A DNA stretch of 64,000 nt, from positions 8,369 through 72,368 of the forward strand of contig JBCKKZ010000002.1 in NCBI GenBank assembly GCA_038904015.1, read 5' to 3'. Shown piece by piece: positions 23,356-32,548 of this stretch. Numbering within the stretch: position 1 is the first letter of the stretch; the number at the start of each line of letters is the position of its first letter. The DNA comes from Burkholderiales bacterium. Lineage in GTDB: Bacteria > Pseudomonadota > Gammaproteobacteria > Burkholderiales > SG8-39. Made by a program: the position numbers and the translations under genes. Below the pieces are notes generated by a model. It was not told the DNA's origin, ran no database searches, and worked only from the letters and a program-made list of their open reading frames with translations.

Positions 23356-23619
23356 TCAGACAGTAAGGGCAGAGGATCGTCTCTTTGTTGCCCATGTCGA
23401 GTTAGGCGTCTCAATGTACCGCTTGAACGCAAGGTAGCTCTCAATGAATCCGCGTCTATATTCTGGCAGGCTCGCATGGCTTGGCTTCGTGAATCCGCGT
23501 TTCCGACTTGTCAATACCGCTTTCCGGTACTGGCTACGACAGTGCATCGCAAATGCATTCGCCCCGGCAATACCGTCACGGTTTTCCACAAACCAAAGTC
23601 GTTGTTTCTCTGCTTCCAT
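23356..23619 (-). CDS. Hypothetical 87-aa protein
   Basis: RBS GGAG + ATG; [16 protein letters not shown]...[21 protein letters not shown]; lies in the operon path between marR2 and gltB. Confidence 0.55.
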   Translation of the reverse strand: MEAEKQRLWFVENRDGIAGANAFAMHCRSQYRKAVLTSRKRGFTKPSHASLPEYRRGFIESYLAFKRYIETPNSTWATKRRSSALTV

Positions 23620-23635
23620 GTCAATCTCCACACGC

Positions 23636-23755
23636 CTAATCGGTGATCGGTAAGCGCAGTGGGGCGAGCGCTTGAAGATGCGCTCGCAGCCGGCGGGCGA
23701 GCGTTTCAGGCGTGTGGTGCTCAACGGTCGTCGTCGCGGCGGGAACAGGACTCAT
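23636..23755 (-). pseudogene. 39-aa stub after marR copy 2 (MSPVPA start + BolA-like N-terminal fragment)
   Basis: MSPVPAATTTVEHHTPETLARRLRAHLQALAPLRLPITD*; first six codons shared with 12045-12374. Confidence 0.5.
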
Positions 23756-24378
23756 CGCGGTGCGGCTCCGGCGACAGGGCCCTTCACCGTCATCGGCTTG
23801 CCTTGGACGAAGTTGATGCAGACCCCGTCCAGCTCCTCCAGAAGCAGCGGCTCGCTCGAGAACCCGCACGCGTAGGGCGTCTGTCCCTCCCGGCTGGCGC
23901 CGTCGCCTTCCAGATGCTTACACGACGCGCAGGTGCCGAAGGGAGGTTTGCCTCTCTCCCACGCCACCTGGCCGAGCATGCGCTGCAAGGCGTTGGCGAA
24001 GTGGCCTTGGACACTGGGGGGTAGGGAGTCCGCAGCACGGACCAGGGATTCGAAGGGGTCGTTCGCAAGAATGCCCCTGGCTTTATCGGTCAGAACGAGC
24101 CGGACACTGCGCCGGTCGGCCTCTGAGCGCATGCGCGTCAGATAGCCTTGGGTTTCGAGGTTTTTGATCGTCTGCGACGCCGTGCCCCGGGTCGTGCCAT
24201 GGAACGCGGCGAAGGCGGACGGCGTGCGCGAGAAGCGGTTGGCCCGCGCGAAGTATCTGAGCACAGCCCACTGGACTGCCGTCAGCCCCTCCACGAGCCC
24301 CTCGCCGGACGCTATGCGCCCCAAGTGCAAGACCAGCTCCGCGATGGCGCGACTGTCCATTTTCAGCTCTTTGATCAT
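23752..24378 (-). CDS. MarR-family regulator with Cys-rich tail, copy 2
   Basis: Near-identical 208-aa paralog of 12371-12997. Confidence 0.9.
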   Translation of the reverse strand: MIKELKMDSRAIAELVLHLGRIASGEGLVEGLTAVQWAVLRYFARANRFSRTPSAFAAFHGTTRGTASQTIKNLETQGYLTRMRSEADRRSVRLVLTDKARGILANDPFESLVRAADSLPPSVQGHFANALQRMLGQVAWERGKPPFGTCASCKHLEGDGASREGQTPYACGFSSEPLLLEELDGVCINFVQGKPMTVKGPVAGAAPR

Positions 24379-24385
24379 GCACAGA

Positions 24386-24441
24386 TAGTAGCGTTTAGAA
24401 ACTATATTGACAAGACATTAGTTTCGAATAGATACTATAAT
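24386..24441. promoter_or_regulatory. Promoter with two putative MarR operators (copy 2)
   Basis: TAGTAGC-N5-GAAACTA 24386-24404; TTGACA 24407-24412; TAGTTTC-N5-GATACTA 24419-24437 overlapping GATACT/TATAAT. Confidence 0.7.
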
Positions 24442-24512
24442 CTGTCGTCGTGAGATACAAAAAATCTTGCCCGAGTGCGCATATGAGGAATTTACAGAAA
24501 AAGGAGATAGTA

Positions 24513-24680
24513 ATGAGTGCCAAGAAAGAAAAGTTTGTTACTTCAGATACTTATACTTTAATTCAGGAGTTACCGATTTCGTCGCGCCAGCGTGAAGTTG
24601 CGCTGAGTATGTTGGGTAAAACCGAAGTGATAGCCAATGGCATCGTGTGGGTGGTTAACAGGATCAATCATCTGCGATGA
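24513..24680 (+). CDS. Small hypothetical protein (55 aa)
   Basis: RBS AAGGAG; stop overlaps the next ATG (ATGA). Confidence 0.45.
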   Translation: MSAKKEKFVTSDTYTLIQELPISSRQREVALSMLGKTEVIANGIVWVVNRINHLR

Positions 24681-25423
24681 AGGAATTTTCCCGGTGGCCA
24701 ATCACCCAAGAAAGTCAGGCAGCGAAGATGCTTTCCACCTTGGAGCAGGCGATCCGTCAGATGCAGGTGGGGAAACCGGTCATTTTGCTTGATGCCGACC
24801 ACCGGGAGGGCGAAGGCGATTTCGCCATAGCGGCGCAGTTCTGCACACCGGAGCTCATAAACTTTCTTCTATCGAAGGGCCGCGGCCTGGTCTGCCTTTC
24901 ATTGCCTCCGGCCGTTGCCGCCCGTATCGGCGTCAAGCCCATGGTGATCGAGGGTGAGTCGTCTTCGGACACGCCTTTTGGCGTGCCTATCGACATCGAC
25001 GATGGATCCTCCGGTATCGCCGCGTCGGCACGCTGTGCCACGATCAGGGCTGCCTGTGATGAATCCAAGTCCGCACGGCATTTCAAGCGTCCGGGACATG
25101 TCGCCACCCTGCTAGCCAACCCGCACGGGCTTCGAGGCCGTATCGGCCACACCGAAGCAGTGTTGGACCTGCTTCGCCTGGCCGGAATCGCCGGACCGGG
25201 AGTGTTGTGTGAAATCCTGAATGCCGATGGCGAGATCGCGACACCCGATCAACTCTTCGCGATCGGTAAAGAACACGCCATCCCCGTTCTCCACATCGAC
25301 ACGTTGCTCGAGCACCAGAGGCCGCAAGCGCATCGACCAGATTCTGGAGCAGCTCAGACGTCTGGGAACATGGCTGATGCCGTACAGAGTAGTGGAACCC
25401 GCTTGATCCGTTACGGCATTTAA
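24677..25423 (+). CDS. ribB: 3,4-dihydroxy-2-butanone 4-phosphate synthase (divergent)
   Basis: DADHREGEGD, GRGLVCL, RPGHV, RIGHTEA, VLCEI; alternative start 24728. Confidence 0.85.
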   Translation: MKEFSRWPITQESQAAKMLSTLEQAIRQMQVGKPVILLDADHREGEGDFAIAAQFCTPELINFLLSKGRGLVCLSLPPAVAARIGVKPMVIEGESSSDTPFGVPIDIDDGSSGIAASARCATIRAACDESKSARHFKRPGHVATLLANPHGLRGRIGHTEAVLDLLRLAGIAGPGVLCEILNADGEIATPDQLFAIGKEHAIPVLHIDTLLEHQRPQAHRPDSGAAQTSGNMADAVQSSGTRLIRYGI

Positions 25424-25508
25424 AATAGCAAACGACCCAGAATATCCGCGGTATTTCCGCAGTGTTTTCACGGTGCTTCTCTTGGGAAAATAAAATAGGG
25501 CAGGCATA

Positions 25509-26204
25509 ATGCATCCACGTCACTGGGAACAACACCGCTCTGAACGCACCGGCTGGCTTCGCGCCGCGGTTTTGGGCGCGAACGACGGCATCGTTTCCAC
25601 CGCGAGCCTGGTGCTGGGTGTTGCGGCTGCGCAGGCGACTCACAGCACCGTATTGGTCGCGGGGGTTGCCGGCCTGGTCGCGGGCGCCATGTCGATGGCT
25701 GCAGGCGAGTATGTGTCCGTCCACTCACAGGCAGACACCGAACAGGCCGACATCGAGCGTGAACGCAACGAGATCAAGAAGGACTATCCAGGCGAGAGCA
25801 AAGAACTGGCGGCGATCTACGTCGGTCGAGGTCTTGACCCTGCGCTTGCGAAGCAGGTCGCCGATCAACTCATGGCGCATGACGCGGTCGGCGCACATGC
25901 CCGCGACGAACTCGGGATTTCTGAAACGCTTGGTGCGCGTCCGCTTCAGGCGGCCTTTGCTTCCGCCGCCAGCTTCGCTGTGGGCGCAGCCATGCCTCTC
26001 TTTGTCACGGCATTAGCCCCGGAGGCGAGCCTGATCCCCATCGTCTCAGCTACTTCGCTGGTGTTCCTCGCGCTCCTGGGTGGGGTGGCGGCGCGCGCCG
26101 GCGGCGCGCGTGTGACGGTGGGTGCAATGCGCGTCACGTTCTGGGGTGCGCTGGCCATGGGGTTGACCGCTGGCGTCGGAACTCTGTTTGGAACAGTGGT
26201 GTGA
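25509..26204 (+). CDS. VIT1/CCC1-family Fe2+/Mn2+ transporter
   Basis: WLRAAVLGANDGIVS, AGAMSMAAGEYVSV, HARDELG. Confidence 0.9.
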   Translation: MHPRHWEQHRSERTGWLRAAVLGANDGIVSTASLVLGVAAAQATHSTVLVAGVAGLVAGAMSMAAGEYVSVHSQADTEQADIERERNEIKKDYPGESKELAAIYVGRGLDPALAKQVADQLMAHDAVGAHARDELGISETLGARPLQAAFASAASFAVGAAMPLFVTALAPEASLIPIVSATSLVFLALLGGVAARAGGARVTVGAMRVTFWGALAMGLTAGVGTLFGTVV

Positions 26205-26923
26205 GCGAATACAACTCCGCCCGTAAAGTGTCGAGCGCAGCGGAAATTCTTGGACTAAGCAAACCGCCGATCGCCATCGGCTTTTTCGAGTCGCCGCCCG
26301 CTGGCGTACCTCGATGGGAAGGCGGGTCGGTTGCGGCCGGTTGCGTCTTCTGGGACAAAGCGATGAACGGGCAGACCTTTTATACGATTCCATCCGATCA
26401 TTACAACTGCGCGGTTGGGAGTTACACCCACAACATCGCGCTGCCGGCGGAGCGCGCGCACGAACTGAATGACACGATTGCGTTCATGGCTGAAAACAAC
26501 TACGTCGCCACCGCTGAAGTGCCGGGCATCCCCACACTGGCCAAATCCCCTGGTGCTGTGGCCTACGGCCCCGTGGACCGGGCCGGCTTCAAACCTGATG
26601 TGGTGCTGATTGCGGCGAAACCGGCGCAGGCCATGCTGATTTACGAAGCCGCCATCAAGGCAGGGGCAGGTAGCGCTCTCACTAATGCTCTTGGTCGCCC
26701 GGCCTGCGCTGTCCTGCCACTGACAACGACCAACGGCCAAGCGTCAATCTCGCTCGGCTGTAAAGGCAACCGGACATTTACCGGCCTGCCGGACGAAGAA
26801 ATGTATGTGGCCATTCCCGGTGACCAATGGGAAGCTGTCATCGAGAAACTTACCGAAACGCACCGAGCCAACTTGGCGATGGAAAAGTATTACTCGAATC
26901 GAAAGACCCAACTTAACCCTTAA
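26201..26923 (+). CDS. DUF169-family protein
   Basis: AAGCVFW, HYNCAVG, GRPACAV, SLGCKGNR; Cys pattern typical of DUF169. Confidence 0.7.
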   Translation: MSEYNSARKVSSAAEILGLSKPPIAIGFFESPPAGVPRWEGGSVAAGCVFWDKAMNGQTFYTIPSDHYNCAVGSYTHNIALPAERAHELNDTIAFMAENNYVATAEVPGIPTLAKSPGAVAYGPVDRAGFKPDVVLIAAKPAQAMLIYEAAIKAGAGSALTNALGRPACAVLPLTTTNGQASISLGCKGNRTFTGLPDEEMYVAIPGDQWEAVIEKLTETHRANLAMEKYYSNRKTQLNP

Positions 26924-26938
26924 CCTGGGAGAAGGACT

Positions 26939-28900
26939 ATGAGTCTGAATGTCGCGCAGAAGCTGATCCAGTCGCATCTGGTGCACGGCGACATGAAGCC
27001 CGGCGAGGAGATCGGGCTCCGCATCGACCAGACGCTCACCCAGGACGCCACCGGCACGCTGGTGATGCTGGAGCTGGAGGCGATGGGCCTGGACCGGGTG
27101 AGGACTGAGGTTAGCGTCCAGTACGTCGACCACAACATCATCCAGGAGGACTACAAGAACCCCGACGACCACCTCTTCCTGCGCAGCGCCTGCCAGCGGT
27201 TCGGCGTGTGGTACTCGCGGCCTGGGAACGGGGTGAGCCATCCGTGCCACCAGGAGAACTTCGGCAAGCCGGGCAAGACGCTCCTCGGCGCCGACAGCCA
27301 CACGCCGGCGGGCGGCGCGATCGGCATGCTGGCCATCGGCGCCGGCGGGCTGGAAGTGGCGCTGGCCATGGCGGGCGAGCCGTTCTTCACGCGCATGCCG
27401 AAGATATGGGGCGTGAAGCTCACCGGCCGGCTGCCGGACTGGGTGAGCGCCAAGGACGTGATCCTGGAAATGCTGCGCCGCCATGGCGTGGAGGGCGGAC
27501 TTGGCCGGATCGTCGAGTACTACGGACCGGGGCTAGCCACGCTGAGCGCGATGGATCGGCACGTGATCGCCAACATGGGCGCCGAGCTGGGCGCGACCAC
27601 CACCGTCTTCCCTTCCGACCAGGAGGTGCGCCGCTTCCTGCGCGCGTGGCAGCGAGAAGAGGACTGGGTGGAGCTGGACGCGGATCCCGGCGCGACCTAC
27701 GACATGCACGACGAGATCGATCTCGCGAGCCTCGAGCCGCTGATCGCCATGCCGTCCAGCCCGGGGAACGTGCGCCCGGTGCGCGAAGTCGCAGGCGAGC
27801 GGATCTACCAAGCGTACATCGGCTCGTCGGCCAATCCCGGCTACCGCGACTTCGCCGTTTCCGCGATGATGGTGCAGGGCCGGCGAGTGAACGACCGCGT
27901 GTCGTTCGACGTCAACCCCACGTCCCGGGCGCAGCTCGAAACGCTGGTGCGCGACGGGCACATCGCCAGCCTGCTGCACGCCGGCGCGCGGCTGCACCAG
28001 GCCGGCTGCAATGGCTGCATCGGCATGGGCCAGGCGCCCGCCACGCATGAACTCTCTCTGCGCACGGTGCCGCGCAACTTCCCCGGCCGCTCCGGCACGC
28101 GCGAGGACAAGGTGTGTCTGGTCAGCCCGGAGACCGCCACGGCGTCGGCGCTCACCGGCGTGATCACCGACCCGCGCACGCTCGGCATCCCCTACCCGCG
28201 CATCGCGGATCCAGACGACCCGATCATCAACCGCGAAATGTTCGTGTCGCCGTTGCCGCTTGAGGCGGCGCTGCAGGTGGACCTCGTGAAGGGCCCGAAC
28301 ATCGCCTCGCTGCCGGCATTCGAGCCGCTGCCGGATGAGATCGAAGCGCCCGTTCTGCTCAAGGTGGCGGACGACGTGTCCACCGACGAGATCATGCCGG
28401 CCGGCGCGCGGGTGCTGCCGTTCCGGAGCAACATTCCCAGGATCGCCGAGTTCTCCTTCGACATGCTCGATCCCACCTACGCCGCGCGGGCCCGGCAGGT
28501 GAAGGGCCACGTCGTGGTGGGCGGGAACAACTACGGCCAAGGCTCGAGCCGCGAGCACGCCGCGCTGGGCCCGCAGTTCCTCGGCTTGCGCGCGGTCCTG
28601 GCCAAGGGCTTCGCGCGGATCAGCTCGCAGAACCTGAGCAACTTCGGCGTGCTGCCGCTGACCTTTGTCGACCCCGCCGACTACGACGGCATTCAGGCTG
28701 GCGACGTGCTGCGCCTGGCCGGTGTGCGGCGCGCGCTCGCAGAAGGGGGCGAGCTGGCGGTCGAGAACGTCACACGCCAGCGCAAGTTCCAGGTGCGTCA
28801 CTTCATGTCGCCGCGGCAAGTACAGCACTTGCTCAGCGGGGGATTGATCAACTGGATGAAAGAGCGCCTCTCCGGCTCACCCGAGTCTCGCGGCGCATGA
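26939..28900 (+). CDS. Aconitate hydratase (short Aquifex/archaeal-type aconitase family)
   Basis: DQTLTQDATG, VDHN, GADSHT, GCNGCIGMGQAP, RNFPGRSG, NYGQGSSREHAA. Confidence 0.9.
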   Translation: MSLNVAQKLIQSHLVHGDMKPGEEIGLRIDQTLTQDATGTLVMLELEAMGLDRVRTEVSVQYVDHNIIQEDYKNPDDHLFLRSACQRFGVWYSRPGNGVSHPCHQENFGKPGKTLLGADSHTPAGGAIGMLAIGAGGLEVALAMAGEPFFTRMPKIWGVKLTGRLPDWVSAKDVILEMLRRHGVEGGLGRIVEYYGPGLATLSAMDRHVIANMGAELGATTTVFPSDQEVRRFLRAWQREEDWVELDADPGATYDMHDEIDLASLEPLIAMPSSPGNVRPVREVAGERIYQAYIGSSANPGYRDFAVSAMMVQGRRVNDRVSFDVNPTSRAQLETLVRDGHIASLLHAGARLHQAGCNGCIGMGQAPATHELSLRTVPRNFPGRSGTREDKVCLVSPETATASALTGVITDPRTLGIPYPRIADPDDPIINREMFVSPLPLEAALQVDLVKGPNIASLPAFEPLPDEIEAPVLLKVADDVSTDEIMPAGARVLPFRSNIPRIAEFSFDMLDPTYAARARQVKGHVVVGGNNYGQGSSREHAALGPQFLGLRAVLAKGFARISSQNLSNFGVLPLTFVDPADYDGIQAGDVLRLAGVRRALAEGGELAVENVTRQRKFQVRHFMSPRQVQHLLSGGLINWMKERLSGSPESRGA

Positions 28901-28990
28901 TCGGCCGCGGGGCCGACGTGGCCTCGGGCTTCGTGCCGCAGCAGCAGGCCAAATAGCGCCCGCCGCGGGCTGATTCGCGGTCGCTAGGCT

Positions 28991-29419
28991 TCAGCCGTGA
29001 ATGTAGCTCTCGAGCTGGTTGATGATGAATTGCTGCTCGGAAATGATGTCTTTGACCAGATCGCCAATCGACAGGAGGCCCACGACCTGATCATTGGCCA
29101 CCACGGGCAGGTGGCGGATGTGCTTGTCCGTCATCAACGCCATGCAGTCTTCGTTGGTATGGGTCGGGGTGACAAAAACAACGTCCCGCGTCATCACCTC
29201 GCGGACCGGCGTATTGGCTGACGACCTGCCTTGCAAGACAACCTTTCTTGCGTAATCCCTCTCCGAAAACATTCCCACCAGGCGCGGGCCGTCCATGACG
29301 AGTACTGCGCCGACATTCTTTTCCGCCAGCAGCTTTAGCGCGTCCAGCACCGTGGCGTCTGGCGCGATGCCAACGATGCCGCTCGTTTTCAGCGCCAGCA
29401 GTTGTGCAACGGTCTTCAT
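28991..29419 (-). CDS. CBS-domain protein
   Basis: GMFSERDYARKV...IRHLPV...LSIGDLVK. Confidence 0.9.
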   Translation of the reverse strand: MKTVAQLLALKTSGIVGIAPDATVLDALKLLAEKNVGAVLVMDGPRLVGMFSERDYARKVVLQGRSSANTPVREVMTRDVVFVTPTHTNEDCMALMTDKHIRHLPVVANDQVVGLLSIGDLVKDIISEQQFIINQLESYIHG

Positions 29420-29661
29420 TGCGCGCTCCCCGAAAACCGAAGGCTAACCCGCCCGGCCTCAAACAGCATCTCCCCGGGCTTCATGCTGCCCTCCTCAGTT
29501 GCGGATGTTACTCCCGCGTGACACGCCTTTTGCATCGCAAACCAAGATGTGCAGTGCAATATGGCGTTCCGGGAGTAGAGTTTCGCTCGGAGGAGGTGAG
29601 CCATGCCCGGCACCCGACCACCTCCCCTTCCCCCTCCCCCACAGTCTCCGACCACCATGCG

Positions 29662-30585
29662 CTAACCGCTCAGAAAATCCCGGATGTGCTCCGACACCTC
29701 CGGCGCGCGCAGGTATCCGAAGAGCTTGTGATGGTTGGGCTTGCCGTTCGCCTCGTAGTCGTTCAGGATCAGATCGTCTTTCACGGCGACGCCCCCACTG
29801 TTGGGACCATAGTCATCGCTCAAGTGGGTGTCGAACGCGACCGGGTCTTTCCGGTCCGCGAAGTTGATCCAGCTCCGAGTGACGATCGTGGGGGTCCGCA
29901 CCCGCGGATCGTGGGTGTTGATCTTCTCGATGTTGAGCTTGACGTGGGGCAGCCCGAGCGGGGAGCCGATGGTCACGAAATGGCTCACCCGCACACCTGG
30001 GTCTGGCTTGCGGCTTCCCAGCTTGCGCAGCACGTCATAGGCGATGATCGAGCCCATGGAATGGGCGATCAGCATGATGTCGTGCCCCTGGTTTGAGACG
30101 AGCGTCTGATCGAGGTCTTCCTGCAGCACTTCCCGCGCGACCCGCAGTTTGCCTTTGCGGTCCTTGATCCGGCGCGCCGGATCGTAGTAGAACGCGAGAT
30201 CCTTCAGCTTCTGCTGCAGCACGAAATCCGCGGCCTGGTCCATTCCGAGGGTGGATTTCGCGGCATCGAGCGCGCCGCCGAGCAGGCTCTGGGCGCCGGC
30301 GCGCAATCCATCCATGAATCCTTCCTTGTATTTCTTCAACGCCCCGGCCTCGGCGGGCAAGTACGGCTCATCGTCGTAGAGTGAGTCAAAGCTGAACTCG
30401 GGGAGTTGGTGGAGGGGATTCTTGTACAGCAGGTCGGCCCAATAGACGTCGACGAAGCTAAAGTCCAGGTCGAGGTTGCAGTTCTTCCTGCACCCTTCCT
30501 TGATGGAATCGATCCACCACTGCGCCTGAATCGCGCGGGCGGGCTTGTTCGACAGGCCGTGTATTCCGATGATGACCTTTGCCAT
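29662..30585 (-). CDS. Alpha/beta-hydrolase-fold protein
   Basis: IIGIHGL, LIAHSMGSIIAYD, FVTIGSPLG, WINFADRKDPV; RBS GGAG. Confidence 0.75.
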   Translation of the reverse strand: MAKVIIGIHGLSNKPARAIQAQWWIDSIKEGCRKNCNLDLDFSFVDVYWADLLYKNPLHQLPEFSFDSLYDDEPYLPAEAGALKKYKEGFMDGLRAGAQSLLGGALDAAKSTLGMDQAADFVLQQKLKDLAFYYDPARRIKDRKGKLRVAREVLQEDLDQTLVSNQGHDIMLIAHSMGSIIAYDVLRKLGSRKPDPGVRVSHFVTIGSPLGLPHVKLNIEKINTHDPRVRTPTIVTRSWINFADRKDPVAFDTHLSDDYGPNSGGVAVKDDLILNDYEANGKPNHHKLFGYLRAPEVSEHIRDFLSG

Positions 30586-30639
30586 GGAGTTCTCCCTGAC
30601 GGCGCGATCCGGTCTCAATAACAGATAGATCCTATGCAG

Positions 30640-30800
30640 GGCCGCGCGGGTTAGCCTCTGGCGGCATTCTCCACCCAAAGAGGAAGGAGGCCAGAAGATG
30701 AACCCCGCGACCCACGGAACGGAAGGTAGCGCATCGGCGCCGGTGTTGTACATGGCGCTGGAGCTGAGCAACAAAAGCTGGAGGCTGGCGTTTGGCGACG
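30640..30800 (+). mobile_element. IS110-family transposase 5' remnant
   Basis: MNPATHG...VLYMALELSNKSWRLAFGD, then unrelated sequence. Confidence 0.6.
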
Positions 30801-31040
30801 TACCGCAACAGGTTCACGCCGTGGCGGGCCGCTCGCTCTACGCGCACCTCATCAAGCTCGCGCACGATGGACGGGTGACGGAAAAGGACGCAATTCAGCG
30901 TGCCGGCGAGTGGGCAAAACGCACCCCGCCCGCCGAGACGAAGCTCGACAAGCTGGTCGAAAGCGCAGCCCGGCGCGCGGCCAAGCGCGTGTGACGGGAA
31001 ACGTCCGCCTTGACCTGAATTTCCATCCGAGACGGCGAGT

Positions 31041-32336
31041 TCATGCGCTTTCTCGCCCTGCATTTCGATCACGATAGCGCCTACGGCCGGAAGTAAGCGC
31101 GAAGCGCAAGGGCACTTCGGGCCTGATTTTGATTTCGAGCCGTTGCAGTGCGTTACGCAGAGATGCCTCGACGCCAGCGGCGGCTCGCCCCCGCGCAAAA
31201 ATGAAGCCCAGATAAGCGCTGCTCTCGGGCGGCGGCGCCACGATCTGCCCCCGCTCGGCGGTGATGCGGATGCCGGTGACCCCTTTTACTGCGAGCGCCT
31301 TGCCTAGGCCAGTAACCTCATCGAGGATGCCGCGCGCCGGAATCGGGACCATCATCACGCCGCACGCCGCGCGATGGCGTGCCACCGGCAGCGCGCGGCC
31401 GAGCGCATGGCGCAGGATCAATTCCTCCAGCGTCATGCCGAGCGCGTGGGTGAGCACGCTGCCGCACAGGCCCCCGATCGAACGCGGCGCGATTTCCAGC
31501 AGCCAGATGCCGCGCGCATTGATGCGAAACTCGGCATGTACCGGCCCGCTCGCAAGACCGGCATGGCGGCAGGCCTGCGCGACTTCGCGCGCGGCGGCTC
31601 GCTGCACGCGTCGCGGCAGCCGCGACGGCGTGACGTAGATCGTTTCCTCGAAATACGGGCCATCGAGCGGGTCGGGCTTGTCGAACAGCGCGAGCAACCG
31701 CAGGCGCCCGTTCGCGAGTAACCCTTCAAGCGCGTACTCGCGGCCGGGAATGAATTCCTCGATCACCAGGCCGAGCCGCGCGGCGTCGCGATCGCCTTGT
31801 TTCTGGATGCGCCGCACCCGCGCGACTGCGCGGATCAGCCCGGGGCGGTCGTCGGCGCGAATCACGCCGCGGCTCGCCGACAGGCGGCGAGCTTTGACCA
31901 CGGCGGGAAAGCGCACTGCGCGCAACGCTGCAGGATCGGCGTCCGAGCGCAAATGCCGGAACCACGGCTGTTTCATGCGATGGCGCTTCTGCAGCGTTCG
32001 GAACGCAAGCTTATCGCGCAGCAGGCGCACGCTGCCAACCGGATTGCCCGGCTGTCCGAGCCTGCGGCTGAGCAGCGCGGCGAGCTCGACCCCGTGGTCG
32101 TCCACCGCAAGCACCGCGTCGGGCTTGCGTCCGAGATGACGCAGCGCCAGCGCGAGCGCGCGCCGCGGCCGGTCGAACGGCAGCGCCATCAGCGGGTGCA
32201 GGCCCCACTGCGGCGCGAGGCGATGGCAATAGTCGGCGGCCGGGACGATTTCAACGCCGAGCCTTTGCGCCGCCGCGCGGAAGGCGTCGTTGCGGTACGA
32301 GGCGGCAGGCAGCAGCAGCAGTACCTGCTGTTTCAC
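31041..32336 (-). CDS. ATP-grasp domain protein (intact partner of the CCAEP radical SAM)
   Basis: LSASRGVIRAD, IEEFIPGREYALEG, FDKPDPLDGPYFEETIYVTPS, LEIAPRSIGGLC. Confidence 0.88.
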   Translation of the reverse strand: MKQQVLLLLPAASYRNDAFRAAAQRLGVEIVPAADYCHRLAPQWGLHPLMALPFDRPRRALALALRHLGRKPDAVLAVDDHGVELAALLSRRLGQPGNPVGSVRLLRDKLAFRTLQKRHRMKQPWFRHLRSDADPAALRAVRFPAVVKARRLSASRGVIRADDRPGLIRAVARVRRIQKQGDRDAARLGLVIEEFIPGREYALEGLLANGRLRLLALFDKPDPLDGPYFEETIYVTPSRLPRRVQRAAAREVAQACRHAGLASGPVHAEFRINARGIWLLEIAPRSIGGLCGSVLTHALGMTLEELILRHALGRALPVARHRAACGVMMVPIPARGILDEVTGLGKALAVKGVTGIRITAERGQIVAPPPESSAYLGFIFARGRAAAGVEASLRNALQRLEIKIRPEVPLRFALTSGRRRYRDRNAGRESA

Positions 32337-32548
32337 AGGACCGCGAGTTGCTCGTGGGTCGGCTCGGCGCAGCAGTACCAGGGCTCAGACAGGCGCGGAA
32401 TCGCCCGGCTCGCGTTGTTGACGGCCAGCGGCGGCAGGCCGTTGCGCTCGGGTACGATGAAATCCACCTTGCCGCGATGCACGACCGGCGGCGCTTCGGC
32501 ATCGCCCGCGGCGCCATTCAAGTTGACCTGGCAGGCCGTTGGTCTCAT
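32333..32548 (-). pseudogene. In-frame internally deleted CCAEP-tail radical SAM remnant (71 aa)
   Basis: PPVVHRGKVDFIVPERNGLPPL and RLSEPWYCCAEPTHEQL align to two distant parts of 5742-7205; no CxxxCxxC. Confidence 0.8.

Noticed and set aside
23250-23477. Extended GltB N-terminus in the ORF track
   Set aside because: It overlaps another ORF; the RBS and typical GltB start favour 23249
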